Assembly: GCA_043228905.1 (NCBI GenBank)
Contig: JBHGNT010000018.1
Coordinates: forward strand, 17,856,001 to 17,920,000
Length of the DNA stretch: 64,000 nt
Direction: 5' to 3'
DNA from: Azolla caroliniana
Lineage: Eukaryota; Plantae; Polypodiophyta
How positions within the stretch are numbered: position 1 is the stretch's first letter; each line of letters begins with the position of its first letter. The notes under the pieces were generated by a model. It ran no database searches. It was not told where the DNA came from and saw nothing but the letters and a program-made list of their open reading frames with translations. This document shows, one piece after another, positions 22,653-36,176 of this stretch. The position numbers and the translations under genes were made by a program.

Positions 22653-24189
22653 TTCAGTTGAGAAGATACCAGCTAAAGACACAGCCCACATACTTGGCTT
22701 TTTGCCTCTTTAAACTGATTTGCAAAGCAAGCGATCAAGATGCAATTATCCCAGCTTGTGACTTTGTAATTATCAGTATTCAGAGCAATTATGCTTAACC
22801 CAGAGAGTTGCAGAAATGATTACTTGAAAAGGTGATGGCATGACAAGGAAAATGTTAGTGTCAGTGAAGATCTCGTAACCTAGGGGCCTTTTGGTTGTAT
22901 CATTTGAGGATTGATCTCGGGATACTTGGTGATTATCTCACAATGTATTACATGCTATGAAAGTTATATATAGGATTATACTCATGGTTTTGAATAGTAA
23001 AATGGGATACAGTTATTTCTCTCCTTGACAAAGTATTTTGGCACCGAAATTTGTTGGTGACATTTTGGGTGGACTTTGGAAAATTAAATCCAACGTAAGG
23101 CACAAATATATATCTATTTCTAGAATTTTGAAATTAAAAGTTTTGATGATTATGTGAAGGTTACAATTCTAGTGGATCCTTCCTTATGTTGCAAACATTC
23201 TAATTGAATTTGGCATGTGTTTATTTAAGAGAAAACTCTGTTTACGGCTGAAAAAGAAATTTGAAGGAAATTTGAAGTAGATACGCCTTGTTTGGTGGGC
23301 AGTGGAAAAGTAGATCTTATGATTTCTGCCCTTCTTTTTAATATTCGTCGAATTTGCGCATACAAAATTCATGGAAACTGCCTAAAGTGTTACATGACAA
23401 TTGACATGTATCTTAATGCAGTCAATGAGCATAATTAGAGCTATTTTGTGCTTCCTCATCAAGGGTTCAGGGTTTAGATACAGCTGTTGGTCACATCGTA
23501 ATAATATTGTTGAATAGATTCAACATACAATTTTTGTAGTTCACATTAAAGCAAGTATAATCTTATGTTTGGAACCACTTATATACATTAATATAGTAGT
23601 AATGAATGTGAATATCTTTATCTAGGCAACTTGAATTTGTGTCTGAAAGAGCTAGAAATGGCAAACTAAAAGTGAGTAATTACAAAACAAAAGCCATACA
23701 TGCTTGCAACAATTACATCCTCCATTGAAGAACATGAAGGCTACTAACCGCAAGAAAGCACTCATTGATGACCTTTAGGAGTCACATGTATACCATTTGT
23801 CAACAATTTCCCTAGACTCCTTTGCTCATGATGTATGTCACAACCACTCTTTAGGCTAAGGGGAAACATGACAATGAGCTTCTTGGATGTACTCACAAGA
23901 GGCCAATTTTTTGTTGTCTATCATACAAAGAGAATTTGTTGTACTTGTATTTTGAGAGAAGAGTGGAAGGACACATGCATGCCTATGAGTGGCCAAAATG
24001 ATCATATGAGACAAAATCATGAATACAAATATGGACAAATTCAAGTTATCCATGTTGAAACAAAATAGAAGCTCTAGGTTTCCTAAAGATCCATACAAAT
24101 GATCCCAATGCATGAGATGGCTAATGATTTTTAGATGGTTTTACATGGATGATGCACATAACTACTATGTGTATGTGTGTGAGAGAGAG

Positions 24190-25450
24190 CTTTTCTTTTG
24201 TCCTTGGAGGTCAATTATGACCTATGGAACCAAACGTTTAATCATTTTTGACAACTGTGTGTGTGTGTGTGTGTGTGTGAGTGAGAGAGAGAGAGAGAGA
24301 TGTTTTATCGTCCATGAGTAAAACTTTCTATGTGAAAATAATCTTTGTGGACATTTGAGTATCACACTTAAATTATTATGCTTGTCCAACAAGTCATTAT
24401 ATTGCTCGCGAATTACCTTATACGTTGAGCATGTGATGAGTGATATTCATCCTCCACCAGGTTTCATTGCATATCTTGAATATATTCATATTTTGGTGAT
24501 CATGTCATGATGCTAGCTCAACAACTCACTTGTGTGAGCGAGTTTGGAGAAGTGTTAAGGCTCTTTGAAAGCCAAGGTTCTTGGGGGTAGTGAGATGTAA
24601 TTGGATACATTCTAGTTTCTTTTATTGTACTAGGGGCCTACATTGAGGGTTAATATTTTCAATGTAATATTTCGAATTTGACATTTTAGCATCACACCAC
24701 TTCATCATTAGTGCCCCTAATAACCTATCCTCAAGAGAAATGTTAATGTCATACAAATACTCACCCAGGCAGGTTCAATCTCTTCAACCAACGAGCAATT
24801 TTTGGTGGGTACAGTGAATTGCTAAGCGCCTGTGCGTGGGCTCTCCTTTGTTCCTTCCCCCTATAGAAGACGATACTGCTATCTCCTAGGAGCCAAAATG
24901 GGCCTATGACACAAATCATTATTCAAATACGGGGGAATTCATGTCATCCATCCTAACAACAGAAATAAAAGCTCTATGTCTCCTAAAGCTCCTTTATTAT
25001 GCCTTTATTATCGTACTACTTTTCTCTAATCATTCTACGATGATTGCTTGACATGTCATTAGTGAATGAAAGAGCTATGGAAGAAATTAATTTTGTGTGA
25101 TTTTCGATGCAAACGTGTAGGTTGATTTCCTATGCTTTTGAAACTCTAGCAACATTTTGGGCAAACTATCATGGTCAACCTTCCCCACCATTTGTTGAAT
25201 GGTGGTGGAGTCCATGTAGAGGGTAGCATGGCACCTACAAAAAACATTTTCCTATCTTTTCAATCTCTTGTTAGCATAGTTTGTGGAATCTCCTAGCTCT
25301 AGGCATGCAAAGTGCTCATCCATAGATCTTACAACTACCTTTTTAGAAGGACATCTTCGTCAAAAGTGGCTCCCTTTGTGTAGGCCAAGTTTCTAGTGTT
25401 ATAGAGTTGCCATGTATCTTGTTGCAATAGTGGATGCTCTATTTGCATCC
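24190..25450 (-). mobile_element. Decayed RTE-like LINE copy, same family as 43227-44147
   Basis: Minus-strand fragments translate to YYIENINPQC, ALTLLQTRSHK, KICN..VEDEYH..TCS and NNLSVI, collinear with the 43269 ORF. It shares the 3' end at 24195-24233. The 5' boundary is approximate. Confidence 0.8.
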
Positions 25451-26191
25451 AGATGTGCATGGGGAGGCATGAAGCCCATATGAATGCACCATACATGAGG
25501 GTAGAGGTGACCATAACGTTGAATAACCATACCTTGGTTCAAGGTTCTTGGAAGTACGCATTCAAGCAACATTGGCTAGTGTTGCATATCCTCATGCGAG
25601 CCTCACATGATATATTTCACATACTCAGCAGACTTGGGAAAATGCATGAGAGCAACACCATTTAGTTATCTTCAATTGCATGAAATAGCGAGCATAAAAC
25701 TTAATACATACAATAAAACTTTATGCCCATCAAATGTGAACTCTATGGCATGTACTTAGTAATGGGTGCTCAATCGTACCTTCCTCCCTTTCAACAATTT
25801 GAACTCAATTGCATATTACAAAGAAAATCTTACGAATTAGTTTAAGCAAGTCATGATGACCAATAAAGCATGGCATGTAGTTTAGTATGAAAGTGCACCC
25901 ACCAGCAACAGAGAATAAAATAATAAGAAATAAGCATCCAAAGTAATGATAGTGAATCAGATTCCTAAATAAATGGCAAAATACTTGACTATCAAGATTG
26001 GGATCTTCCTAATGCTCATGCTTCAAAAGCTCCTAAATTTTTTCAATAGAATGGTTGCATAGTCTCGAGTGACATAATGAGTGACGAGATGCACCATATC
26101 CTAGTGGTACACCAAATCTTATTAATCCGTACTCCTTAATATTATTACTTACAAGATGGGATTTGACTGATATACAATGTTGGGGAGTTTG

Positions 26192-26655
26192 CTTATTAAC
26201 ACAGGTAGATTTCATGATGACAGGTAGATAACACAGGTAGATTTCATGATGACAGATACTGATTAGTATGATTTGATATTCTTCATTCCAACAATATCAC
26301 GGCTTATAATCACTTATGTCTCAACCAACGTATTACCCAAATGAAGAATCATTCACCTTTTAGGCATTTACAGACAGGTGGCTTCAAAACATAAAAAAAA
26401 ACGATGGAAATGAGTTGAAAATTTTATCTTATTAACACAGGTAGATTTCATAAAGTCTAATGTTATCTCATGATGACAGTTACTGATAGTATAATTTGAT
26501 ATCCTTCATTCACTCCAATATATCATGGCTTATAATCAATAATATGTTTCAACCAAAGTATCCAAAATGAAGAGTTTACATTCACCTTTGAGACGTTTAC
26601 AGATTGGGGTGACTTTCAAACATAAGAGAAACGAAGGAAATGAGTTGAATTTTAA
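26192..26655. repeat. Diverged ~235-bp tandem duplication with a nested ~31-bp duplication
   Basis: TTATTAACACAGGTAGATTTCAT...GGAAATGAGTTGAA occurs at ~26193-26425 and ~26429-26655. Confidence 0.85.
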
Positions 26656-29188
26656 ACTGTCATAATGTTTTAATATCTCAAAACAGTATGCAGTTTAAAT
26701 CACCGTTAACTTGACTGCAGTTTCTCTACCAACATTTTGTTGAAGTTGCACAGTGACCATGGAAACATTGTTAAGATGCACGCCAATTTTCATCATTGGT
26801 GAAATGAAGAGGACAAGAACTACAGTAATTGCAAACACAGACCACATAGAATTCTGTGCCCACGAATAAAACTCCACATCAAATTCAATATTGATAGCCA
26901 ATAATGTGTAACCCAACGCCGATGTCCTACTGCACACAGCACACAGCTCACCCTCTATTTGCAATAACATCACTAAAGACTGAGACAATCACCTCAATTA
27001 CAAACCCCTGTTAATTTTCCCATCAAATCTATATAGTTTCTTAAGATTCACATATTTGTCTTTAGGCAATATCATCAAAGGTAGTGGAATGTCTATCCAA
27101 TTTCTCAATGGAACTGTAATTTGTCATTCGCATGTTATTATGACTATCAAAAAAAAAATAAGACTTTTATCATTACCTGCAAACAAATTCTGGCTTTACG
27201 GTATAGTTTCTTAACCACGAAAACATACATGAATTTTCTCAATGGACAACACTATGAAAGATTCAGAACTAAAAAAATAGACAGAATAATAAAGCGCAAA
27301 GAAGAATGAGCCCATGAAGGACATCTTATTTCCAACACGGTTCCATAATATAACCTCAGATTTACACCCAAACATTTTACTGCTTCCAGCGCACTCAAAT
27401 TCAACAAACATTTTAATGTCTTTATCATATTATCTAGTTCTTCACCTCAAAAAATTCTAGGGCATAACTTCCAATTAAAACATCTTAAAGAGGCTCACAT
27501 CTTAAAGGACATAATACCTCTTTATTTGGATTTGGGTAAAATTGGCAGAAGTGAGCAGTAAATAGTGATGGGAAGAAGAATTGAGATTTTACTGCTATGC
27601 TCTTTAATAATTTGCCTAAATAATCAAGGATATCTCAACAAGGATGCAGAACAATACAGTACGGCATTTACCAAAGACGGATGAGATTCACCTATTTCTC
27701 AGCAGACGTATACCGACATATTCAAACATTTCAATATAGTTGGCCAGAAGACCATTTCTAGAGAATCTGTGAAATGTGGTAATTTCTGGCTTCTAGCTAA
27801 TGAGTAAGAGAATAAAAGATCTGGCCAGGCCAGATCGCGATAAATGAAACCTTGCCTTACTAGTATACCCTAAAGTTAATGAATATTAAAGACAATGGCA
27901 AAGCTGACATGATGGTTGGGATACTAAGCTTACCCAACGTCTAACAGGTATTAAAAAACAAATGTTTGAGGATCTTCTGAAATTATATCCCATACAAGAA
28001 GATATCCATCTCTACACAGGTAAAATAGAAAACCAGCAGGGGGGAATAATGTAGTTCAGAAATAAAATTGCTCATAAGGTACAGAAGATTGAAATTCTTA
28101 GCAGGGCACTATATATGTACAAGTAACTAACAATGAGACATCATTAAAGGTTCCATTGATAGATTAATATAGTAGAGAATTGAAGTTTTACCAGGTTTTC
28201 TTGACCAAGCTGTAGACTAATTAGTCATGGGCTTGGTTCCAATCATATCAAAATAAAATCCATCACGCCCTGTTACTTGCATCAATGCCAAAAATGTTCA
28301 AGGATTTGAAAATCTAACACAAAAAAATTAGAACCATCACTATCAACCATACACCACAACTAACCCATGATATGTCTTAAATTTTGAAACACAACAGTTC
28401 CAGTCTCTGATGTGTTTCCTTATCTCCTACAAAATAGAAGATACTTAGTGAAGACTGTTCAAGGATTAAAACCTTAAAAATGAAGATCCAGAAAGCTCAA
28501 TAAGCCCTCGAGTATAGGCTTATTTGTAGGTGTTTTTACCTGCTGCAAAGTTAAATTTTCAGCTCTTGATCCAATCCGCACTTACACACCAAATTAGGAT
28601 AAGAACTTCCTGCCACATTTCCCCGCATGAGAATAGTGTGGTACTTTGATACAAGGGAGCTAATACAGTTAATGCAGGCATACACACGTTATTACACATA
28701 AGCATGCAAGAATGTACAAATATTTGTTTACACATCAATCACACAGAAACATATGGCCAACAACGGGAGAACATTTTGCAGTTAAAAACATTTATCAGAT
28801 TGATACAATATAAATGTCCAAACTTGACGAAATTAATAAAATTACATTCCATATGTTTTACTCGAAAGCTTTTGCATTCAAGACTACATATTGGGTCCAG
28901 AAACCGACCGTGAACTTATGAAGCAGATTCGAAGACCAGATCGATTACAGCAATTCCTCTTGAGCTTTGGTTTTAACTTTTCCTCGAAAATTTTCCTCGC
29001 CAAGCAGAGTCATCTCTACAAGAAGTTCCCACTACGGGTAACAGTAAGCAAAAAAATTGGCAGAGCTAGTGATCAGAATCAATAATCCTTGTGAGATGAA
29101 TGTTTAGTGTTGGATTTTAGACACTGTTGGACCATTAATTATCCATAAAACAAAGTGGAAACCAAGAGAGAAACAGGGTTGGGTTTCT

Positions 29189-32100
29189 TCAAGAATAAGG
29201 ATGATGCCGAGGCCGTTCTTTGTCTCTTATGACTTTGTATGTGCCATAACTATCCTTTTCAGAGCTGTGATACTCCCTCTCTGCAAAAAACACGTTTTTA
29301 ACAAATTAACAACTCTCGACAAAATAGTGCAAGACAATTTGATCCACATAAAAATGACAGAATGATGTCAAAGAAGCACACCTCGGCTAGATCCATGATG
29401 CCTGACCTTCTCTGAATATCCTGGCATAAGGAACAATAAAACGTGAGATTCCTGTGTGATGCTAGCTTGTTAATGATCAAAGCTAGGTTCTACAGTCTTA
29501 TAAATGAAATTGACGGGCCAAATGAATGCACTGAAATACAGTTTTAACTATTTATCAAAGAGCTGTCAGAAATAAACGTAGGCATAATTGCCTCTAAGAC
29601 TCAGATCGATTTAGCTATTCAGTCCATTTGATTACAAGGGCTTTACTATATATATATGGTGTTGGTAGAAACCATGTTATTCGTCGTGATAAGTACTAGA
29701 TTCCTAGTACTTATGCCCACAATGGCAACATTCTGTATCATGAATGACTCTAGTTAGTTCTGAATATCCACCACATCTGACTACAATGAATATATTCTAA
29801 ATATACAGTGTTTTTAAAATTCCTTTGATTAAGTATCTAATCTATATGAACTTACGGCTCGTTTGCATGAGAAGCAACAATGGTCTTAACTGTCAATTTT
29901 GTTTAGTTCAAACAAGCTATATACATGATGAAACTGATTATTGAATCATAGTAGATGTCATACTGAAATGTGAGCAGCCATCGTCATTCTTTGTATAATA
30001 CAAGAGAACCAAATACGTCTAACACTCTATATCGTCTAGTTCAGGCGAGTTCTGTACATAATGAAACTGATTATTGAATAACAGTATATGTCATACTGAA
30101 CTGCGGACAGCCATAGTAATGTATGATTCAAGTGGTCCGAGTACAGATCCTCCCCCTTTCACAGTCAAGACTTGTAAATATAGTGGCAGAAACTAGCAAT
30201 TCCAAGCAAAGGATTCCTGATTGTTTACACATGGCAATTATCACAACTGATCCAGTTGTGTGTGTATCCCAGCCCTTCACAAAAAACTGAATTGATCAAC
30301 AATATACTGGAACAGACAAGTACTCAGACTGAGTCTTAAACTTTATGATCATGGATAAGATTTATGGTATCTTTGTGGTCTACTTAAATACATGTTTTAT
30401 CTCTCTTCCAATTTGACCCAATGTTTACAAATTAGCAAAAACAGATAAACAGTTCTCCTATGCACCTCAATGTAATGTAAGGGTCAAAATCTATATTGCA
30501 GAAAAGCTACACAAAAACTATAGTTTCGAACAACATCATTTAGAGGAAAGCAGACTGAGAAATACCTGAACCTTTACTCCGATCCTTACGATGATCTCTA
30601 TCCTTTGCATGTTCTCGCTCTCTTTCATATTCATTATCCCGGACTTTGCTTCGGTCTCTATCTCGCATCTTCTCCCGATCGCGGTCCCGGTCCCGGTCCC
30701 GGTCTCTTTCCTTTCCTTTCTCTCGAGATTTTGACCTATCTTTTTCCTTCTCCTTGATTTTTCGGTCTGAAGGATTCATTTCCTTACTTCTATCAGAAGC
30801 TTCATCTTCAGGTGGAGCAGTTTTCCCTGCCTCCTCTGAAACATCTCCATTGGCATTGGACACTACAGTTTCCTCATATGGCTTCCCTTGGTCTGATGAC
30901 GAGCTCTTCAACTTGTCAAGTGCTGCTTTAATCAAAGTATCACAACTATCTGCATTTGATGCAGGCACTTGTTCTACTTTACCTCCATTTGCAACGGCGG
31001 CACCTGCCAAAGAATCCTGCAATTACAAGGCCTAAGCATAAATGGAAACAAAGGTTTCACTATAGTTCATTACTTTTCTTGAGTATGTAACTTACCTTTA
31101 CACTAGATGGTGGCGGTTCCCATGCCCTACTCATCAATACAAATGACTTTGAATCTTTGGCAACCTCAACATAGCTAGCCTTTGGCTGCCTGTATAGGTT
31201 TGCCAAAACTCTGCATACTTCATCAATTTCATCCTTCTCGGCATCAAATACCTTCCACCAGGGAGGAGATTCTGGCAAACTGACATTGAACCTCCGAGCA
31301 GCAGCATAGACAACACCACACGCAACTACTTCACTTTTGAAGCGAACTGATAGAGTAGTCCTTAAGCTGAGCAGAAAACAAGGATATGAAACACAGCTAC
31401 TACCATCAAAATGATCACTTTGCCATGTCAATCAACATAACAATGCATTCGTCACACAATACATTCTATCTAGATGTGAGTACCTGTCATTCGCAAGATT
31501 CCATGCTTCTTGCATCATTTCCGGAGGTGCTTGAAGCTGCAGCAGATAATTGATAATGAACTTATGTGGATGCTCTACATGACAGATAAATCCCATCTCT
31601 TTTAGTAGATGGCGTTCCGTTCTTATAAGATCAATTTTCAGTTCTTCATACCTCTGCAAAGAAAGGATTATTTATATTAGGGCATATCGTCCAACACATT
31701 AGATGTTGCATTATGACTGACCATGCATCTATGTTCTAAAAGGATATCAAGCTAACCTTGGAAAAAGGATCTAGGAACTCAAGAGATTTGTTTTCCCGAC
31801 GGCGTTCCATCCTATTGAAGACATTCAGAACATGTTGAGCTTTCTTTGGACTTTCCTCAAGTTTTGCAGCAAGCCACAGGCAACTAGCAGCCACTCTCTA
31901 TGGATGAAGAGACCCATAATTACGTTTTGAATTTTAAAAAATAATCATAAACCAAGAATGTGAAGAAAAAGAAACAACAGAAACGCACACCTTCACATTG
32001 AACCTGGCAAATGACTTCTTGCAGAAAAAACGGTGAAGCAGTACCTGGCCAGTAGCCATGACTGCTTGAGGTCTGCGGAGACAATTGGATAAAACATAAG

Positions 32101-33944
32101 AAAATCGAATTCCCACCAAAGAAAACTAAGCTATCAGTAATTAGTGCAAAGGTGAAATCTACATTGAATGCACAAGAGTAGGCTACAATGATAAATGCTA
32201 TGACCCAGAGTTCTAGTGAATGTATATGCCTTGTTCAGGCATAAAAATATATGGTGAATTCTAGGACTTACAGTCACACGTTCATATGTCAATAGAATGT
32301 GGTGAACCTTACCATCCCATTGTAAATTTGGAAAAATATCCATGTCAGACACCATAAAATAAAAGGACTAGACATGTGATGATGACTATGAGGTTGAAAT
32401 TTCCCATAGTAGCAAACATGTAGTGAACAATTTTCAAATTATCTCAAGATTGGAGAGGATCAAAAGACTTAAAAATGAATACAAAAAAGAGAAGATCATA
32501 AAAGTTTAAATGCATAAAAGAGAAGATTGTAATCTAAAATCACTGACTCATATTCAACATCTCCATAAGTCAAAGAAAGAAAGAAAGATATATTAACATC
32601 TTTTAAGAAGCCAAAATGGCCTATAAGACCAGACAAGAGATTAAATCTTAAGTGTTGTCTTGTCTTAGAGAACAAATCAAAATAAAATAAGTACTACTCA
32701 GTAAATATAAAAGTTAATAAATAAGATAAAAACAGACAAGGGAATCTGGTTTTCGGTACATGTGAGATTCTCAAGTTAGATATATTGTAACTTTTATCAT
32801 CAAAGGATCTCTAGCATAGGTCAATCCAGAAAGGAGAGGTGAGTATTATTGCCACATTGCAATTTTGCCGAAATACAGAAATCTATAACGAGTCTAGGGA
32901 ACAATACAAAAAGTTAGTCAGTAAAATAATTATCCAAGAACCTAGAATAGATGATTTGACAAATTCTTTAATGCATAAGCCCATGATAAATCTTAACATT
33001 CATTAAAGATGCATTGATTTGCCAAAATTTCCAAAACCAGACAAGAAAAAATAGAGTTCATCTTGGTATGGGACTTCAGACTAGTAAAGGGAACAACTCT
33101 ATGGCTACTTAAAGCATAAGGATGAGGCAAAATTTACTGACCTTTTTTGCATATTAGCATGGAAACTCAAATTAATGTGAGATGATGATAAAAACCCTAT
33201 ACATGAAACGGTGACAACTAGGTAAAAATAATAACTTGAAGGGATTAAGATCTATTGTAAACATCATTGTTTATTTCCAAATTTGAAGGAATTTCTGAAG
33301 TCAGACGATGGGAAAGAAACGAAATCCTTAAGACATAAACATACTTTCAGATTAATCTAAACCTCCAAAATCAGGGAAAAAAAGAAAAGATAAAAGCGTT
33401 TAACCTACATATATAGGTTTTCCTGGCAAACAAACAAGATGAAAAAGATCACAATAGGGATACAGTGAATCTCTCTGTTCCATGACAGACTCGCATAATC
33501 CTTGAAATCCAGAGAGGCATGAGACAGACAACTTTAGGGGAGTATCTAAAAACTCCATCAGATTAAACCAGCTGCATCTTTATGTAAAATATACGTATAC
33601 ATTGAAACAGACGAACAGTTATAAAATCATACTGAGAACTCCAGATAACCTAGTCATAGAAGATGATCCGAGCTTCAATCCTTTGAACTACGCGCAGACA
33701 GACGAGAATAGACACAGATAGAAAAACAGGAACGAAATCTCCGACAGAAAACGAACAAGGAAAAGAGAGGGGGGGGAGAGATAGTAACATACAGTTTGAG
33801 CAGTATGCCGCCTTCTTGTATGAGCTCGCATCCATAAAGACGAAGATTATTTTCTGTCTGTTCGTCGATGTCATCCTTTCGAGAAGGAGAGTCGAGCAGC
33901 TGCTCCTGCGTCAGGTAAAACGTGTCGATAGCGGTGTAGATCAT
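29189..33944 (-). CDS. CYCL1: Cyclin L1 (cyclin box plus RD/RS-rich C-terminal tail)
   Basis: Exons (minus): 33793-33944, 31991-32072, 31757-31897, 31484-31653, 31096-31366, 30566-31016, 29382-29420, 29189-29280, all GT-AG and in frame. Sequence MIYTAIDTFYLT...[55 protein letters not shown], RDRD tail, ending RHHPYS*. Confidence 0.95.
32572..32777 (-). repeat. ~200-bp dispersed repeat in cyclin L intron 1
   Basis: Reverse complement of 39999-40200 along its full length. Confidence 0.9.
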
Positions 33945-34171
33945 GGAGCTGCGTCAGAGATCACAGGAAGAAAGAGAAAGAGAAAACGCAGAGAAAGAAG
34001 ACAGGAAAGAGAGAACAGAAAGAAGAAGAGGACGAAGAAGAAGAAGATGAAGATGAAGAAAAGGCAGAAAAAGCTTCTGCGAAACTTAGAAGAACAGAAA
34101 GAAGCTTTCGAGGAGAGAATGGCGTCTTCGTCTGCTCCGTTTCTGCGGACCTGCAGAGAAGAACCCTAAAA

Positions 34172-34208
<37 letters not shown>

Positions 34209-34211
34209 GAC
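34172..34211. repeat. (ACAG)n microsatellite in the cyclin L leader/promoter
   Basis: Directly visible. Confidence 0.9.
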
Positions 34212-34279
34212 ACGGGCAAAAGCAAAAGCAAAATAGCTTAGAGCGCAGAAACATACCCCCCCCCCCTCCCCCGCTCATG

Positions 34280-34324
34280 GCCGTCATCTTTAACGGCGCC
34301 CAGCAGGCCGTTAATTCTGACGGC
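34280..34324. promoter_or_regulatory. Palindromic promoter element upstream of cyclin L, with inverted AACGG (MSA-like) and TGACG cores
   Basis: GCCGTCA-tct-TTAACGGC-N9-GCCGTTAA-ttc-TGACGGC in a GC-rich island ~340 bp upstream of the ATG. Confidence 0.5.
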
Positions 34325-34347
34325 GGCGGCCTCTCTCTCTCTCTTCT

Positions 34348-34433
34348 GTGGTGAATTAGCTTTACCCTAGTGATAAGTTGTTTTTAGACTACCGGCAACA
34401 ATAAGTCTTGGGTTCGAGACCCCATTTCACACC
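34348..34433 (+). mobile_element. Possible decayed tRNA-derived SINE head
   Basis: B-box GGTTCGAGACC at 34411-34421 in a T-arm-like stem; weak A-box; GTGAA/TTCAC ends; followed by a T-run. Confidence 0.3.
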
Positions 34434-34446
34434 TTTGTTTTTTTAT

Positions 34447-34625
34447 GGGAAAAGTACCACGATACCCCTGGAAATTCGTCTATTTACCATAATGCCCTTG
34501 GAAGTTCCAAATTTACCAAACTACCCCTATGTCCAAAAAAATTAGGGGTAGTTTGGTAAATTTGGAACTTCCAGGGGCATTCTGGTAAATATACGAACTT
34601 ACAGGGGTATCCTGGTACTTTTCCC
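34447..34625. mobile_element. Mutator-like MITE, short copy (179 bp, almost entirely TIR)
   Basis: GGGAAAAGTACCA...TGGTACTTTTCCC with ~80-bp inverted arms; flanks TTTTTTTAT / TTTTTTTTAT (9-bp TSD with one slipped T). Confidence 0.92.
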
Positions 34626-35588
34626 TTTTTTTTATACATGAATAGGTATTTTCTATAACTCACTAGATGCCAATCTGAATAGGCATGACCTTCTCTGTGC
34701 GTGGGACGCCTCGTCCCCCCCACATGTTGTCCTCTCTCTCACCATGGTCGCGTATGCCATCCCCTCCTGCCCATGCCAGATGGATTAGTCAATCTGTGTA
34801 AAAACCCTACCCGACTTCTTTTTTTTCAGCTTCAACACATGCAAACTCTCGACGCACGAACGATCTGTTCAGTTGATCGATTGGTCACGAATCAAGTCCC
34901 TATGCCTACCATTGTACGGTTTTAGGGTACATGGACCAACGATAATCGCCCATTTGGTTATTGACATCCCATCACTCAAGGTTAGCACATGTTCCCCATC
35001 CTCTCACTTGAATAAAAACATATCGTGAAAAAAAAGGCCATTGCATACAAGGATTAGTATAAAAGTTCCATAGTTAAGGTGGATACCACGCTTTCTTTCC
35101 CTTCTACCCCTATAACTCCATGTCGTTCACGTGAACACGAGCTTCATCATCGTAATGTCTAGAATTTGAACATAACTCTTACATTGAGTTTCATTGTCTG
35201 ATTAGGGTAAATGGACATGGAATGTCCTGTGTGTGTCTTACTCATACTGAAAGCATGTAGACCCAACAAAAAATGCATATTTATTTGGATTTCCCCAAAG
35301 TCAAGTTTTATGTTAAAATACCACGGTAATGTAGGTCTTGTTTTGTGGTTGGGTGGGGTAGTATGGCTCTTTGATTGTGGGAAAAACGTTGCAATTTTGA
35401 AATGTGGTGCTCATTGGCACTAATACACGATAGTCTATCCTTGATTATCGACTTAGAATAACATATCACAAAGAACGTAACAATCATGACCCTATATTTG
35501 TACATGCACAAACTTAGCAGCTCAACTCATAGTATGTTATGTTTAAAGCTCAATGTGACACAATTCCTTTCATTTCTAAATGCTTTCA

Positions 35589-36176
35589 TGTTAGGTAAAC
35601 AGGTCAGAGGAGCACGAGTCAAAGAAAAGGGAGAACTGAACCAATCAACAGCAAATCGGCCGAGGCCGAAAAATCAAACCGATTGTTCAATTCGGTCGTG
35701 GCCGAAAATCGAAGCCGACTCGGGGCTATATCTATAGATAGAGTTACTGGGTCCTTTGTGGGCTATATTTGTGAGTAGTCCAGAATGTTGTATTAGTATA
35801 AATATAAATACATCTAGTGCAATCATTATGACATGAGTAGTAGTGTATCAGTAGTTGTTGAAAAGTTATAGCGTGTAGTTGCCTCTGCAGCTAAGTGAGT
35901 GTAAGAGAGTGAGAGCGAGTAACTTCTCCATAGTTGTCTGCTTAGACGAAGAAGAACTCAAGGTCGCGTGCCTTGCAGGTTCTTATTGTATTCCTCTTAT
36001 TGATAGTGAGATAGTTCAGAGTATGTGGGCTCCTGTGGTTTTTCCCAATTCGGGTTTTCCACAGCCATATTATGTCATTGAACTTGTGTATTTTAGCTTC
36101 ATGTTTCTTGATGTTCAAATCTTTGCACCCGCATACGCTAGAGTATAAACCGTTGTGGTCGGCTTTGATCCCAACA
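35589..36176 (+). mobile_element. Solo LTR (Copia-like), 588 bp
   Basis: Termini TGTTAGG...CCCAACA; 5-bp TSD TTTCA at 35584-35588 and 36177-36181; TATAAATA box near 35798; GTGGTTTTTCCC..GGGTTTTCCAC motif. Confidence 0.9.

Noticed and set aside
29921-30113. ATGATGA...CTGA resembling a C/D snoRNA, duplicated in cyclin L intron 6
   Set aside because: Only ~42 nt box to box, antisense to the host, the second copy has lost the C box, and no rRNA guide was recognised; treated as a local duplication.
31738-31747. ATATCCTTT (U12 AT-AC donor consensus) on the minus strand in cyclin L intron 3
   Set aside because: The GT donor 9 nt upstream already gives the correct frame, and no CCTTAAC branch point or AC acceptor follows.
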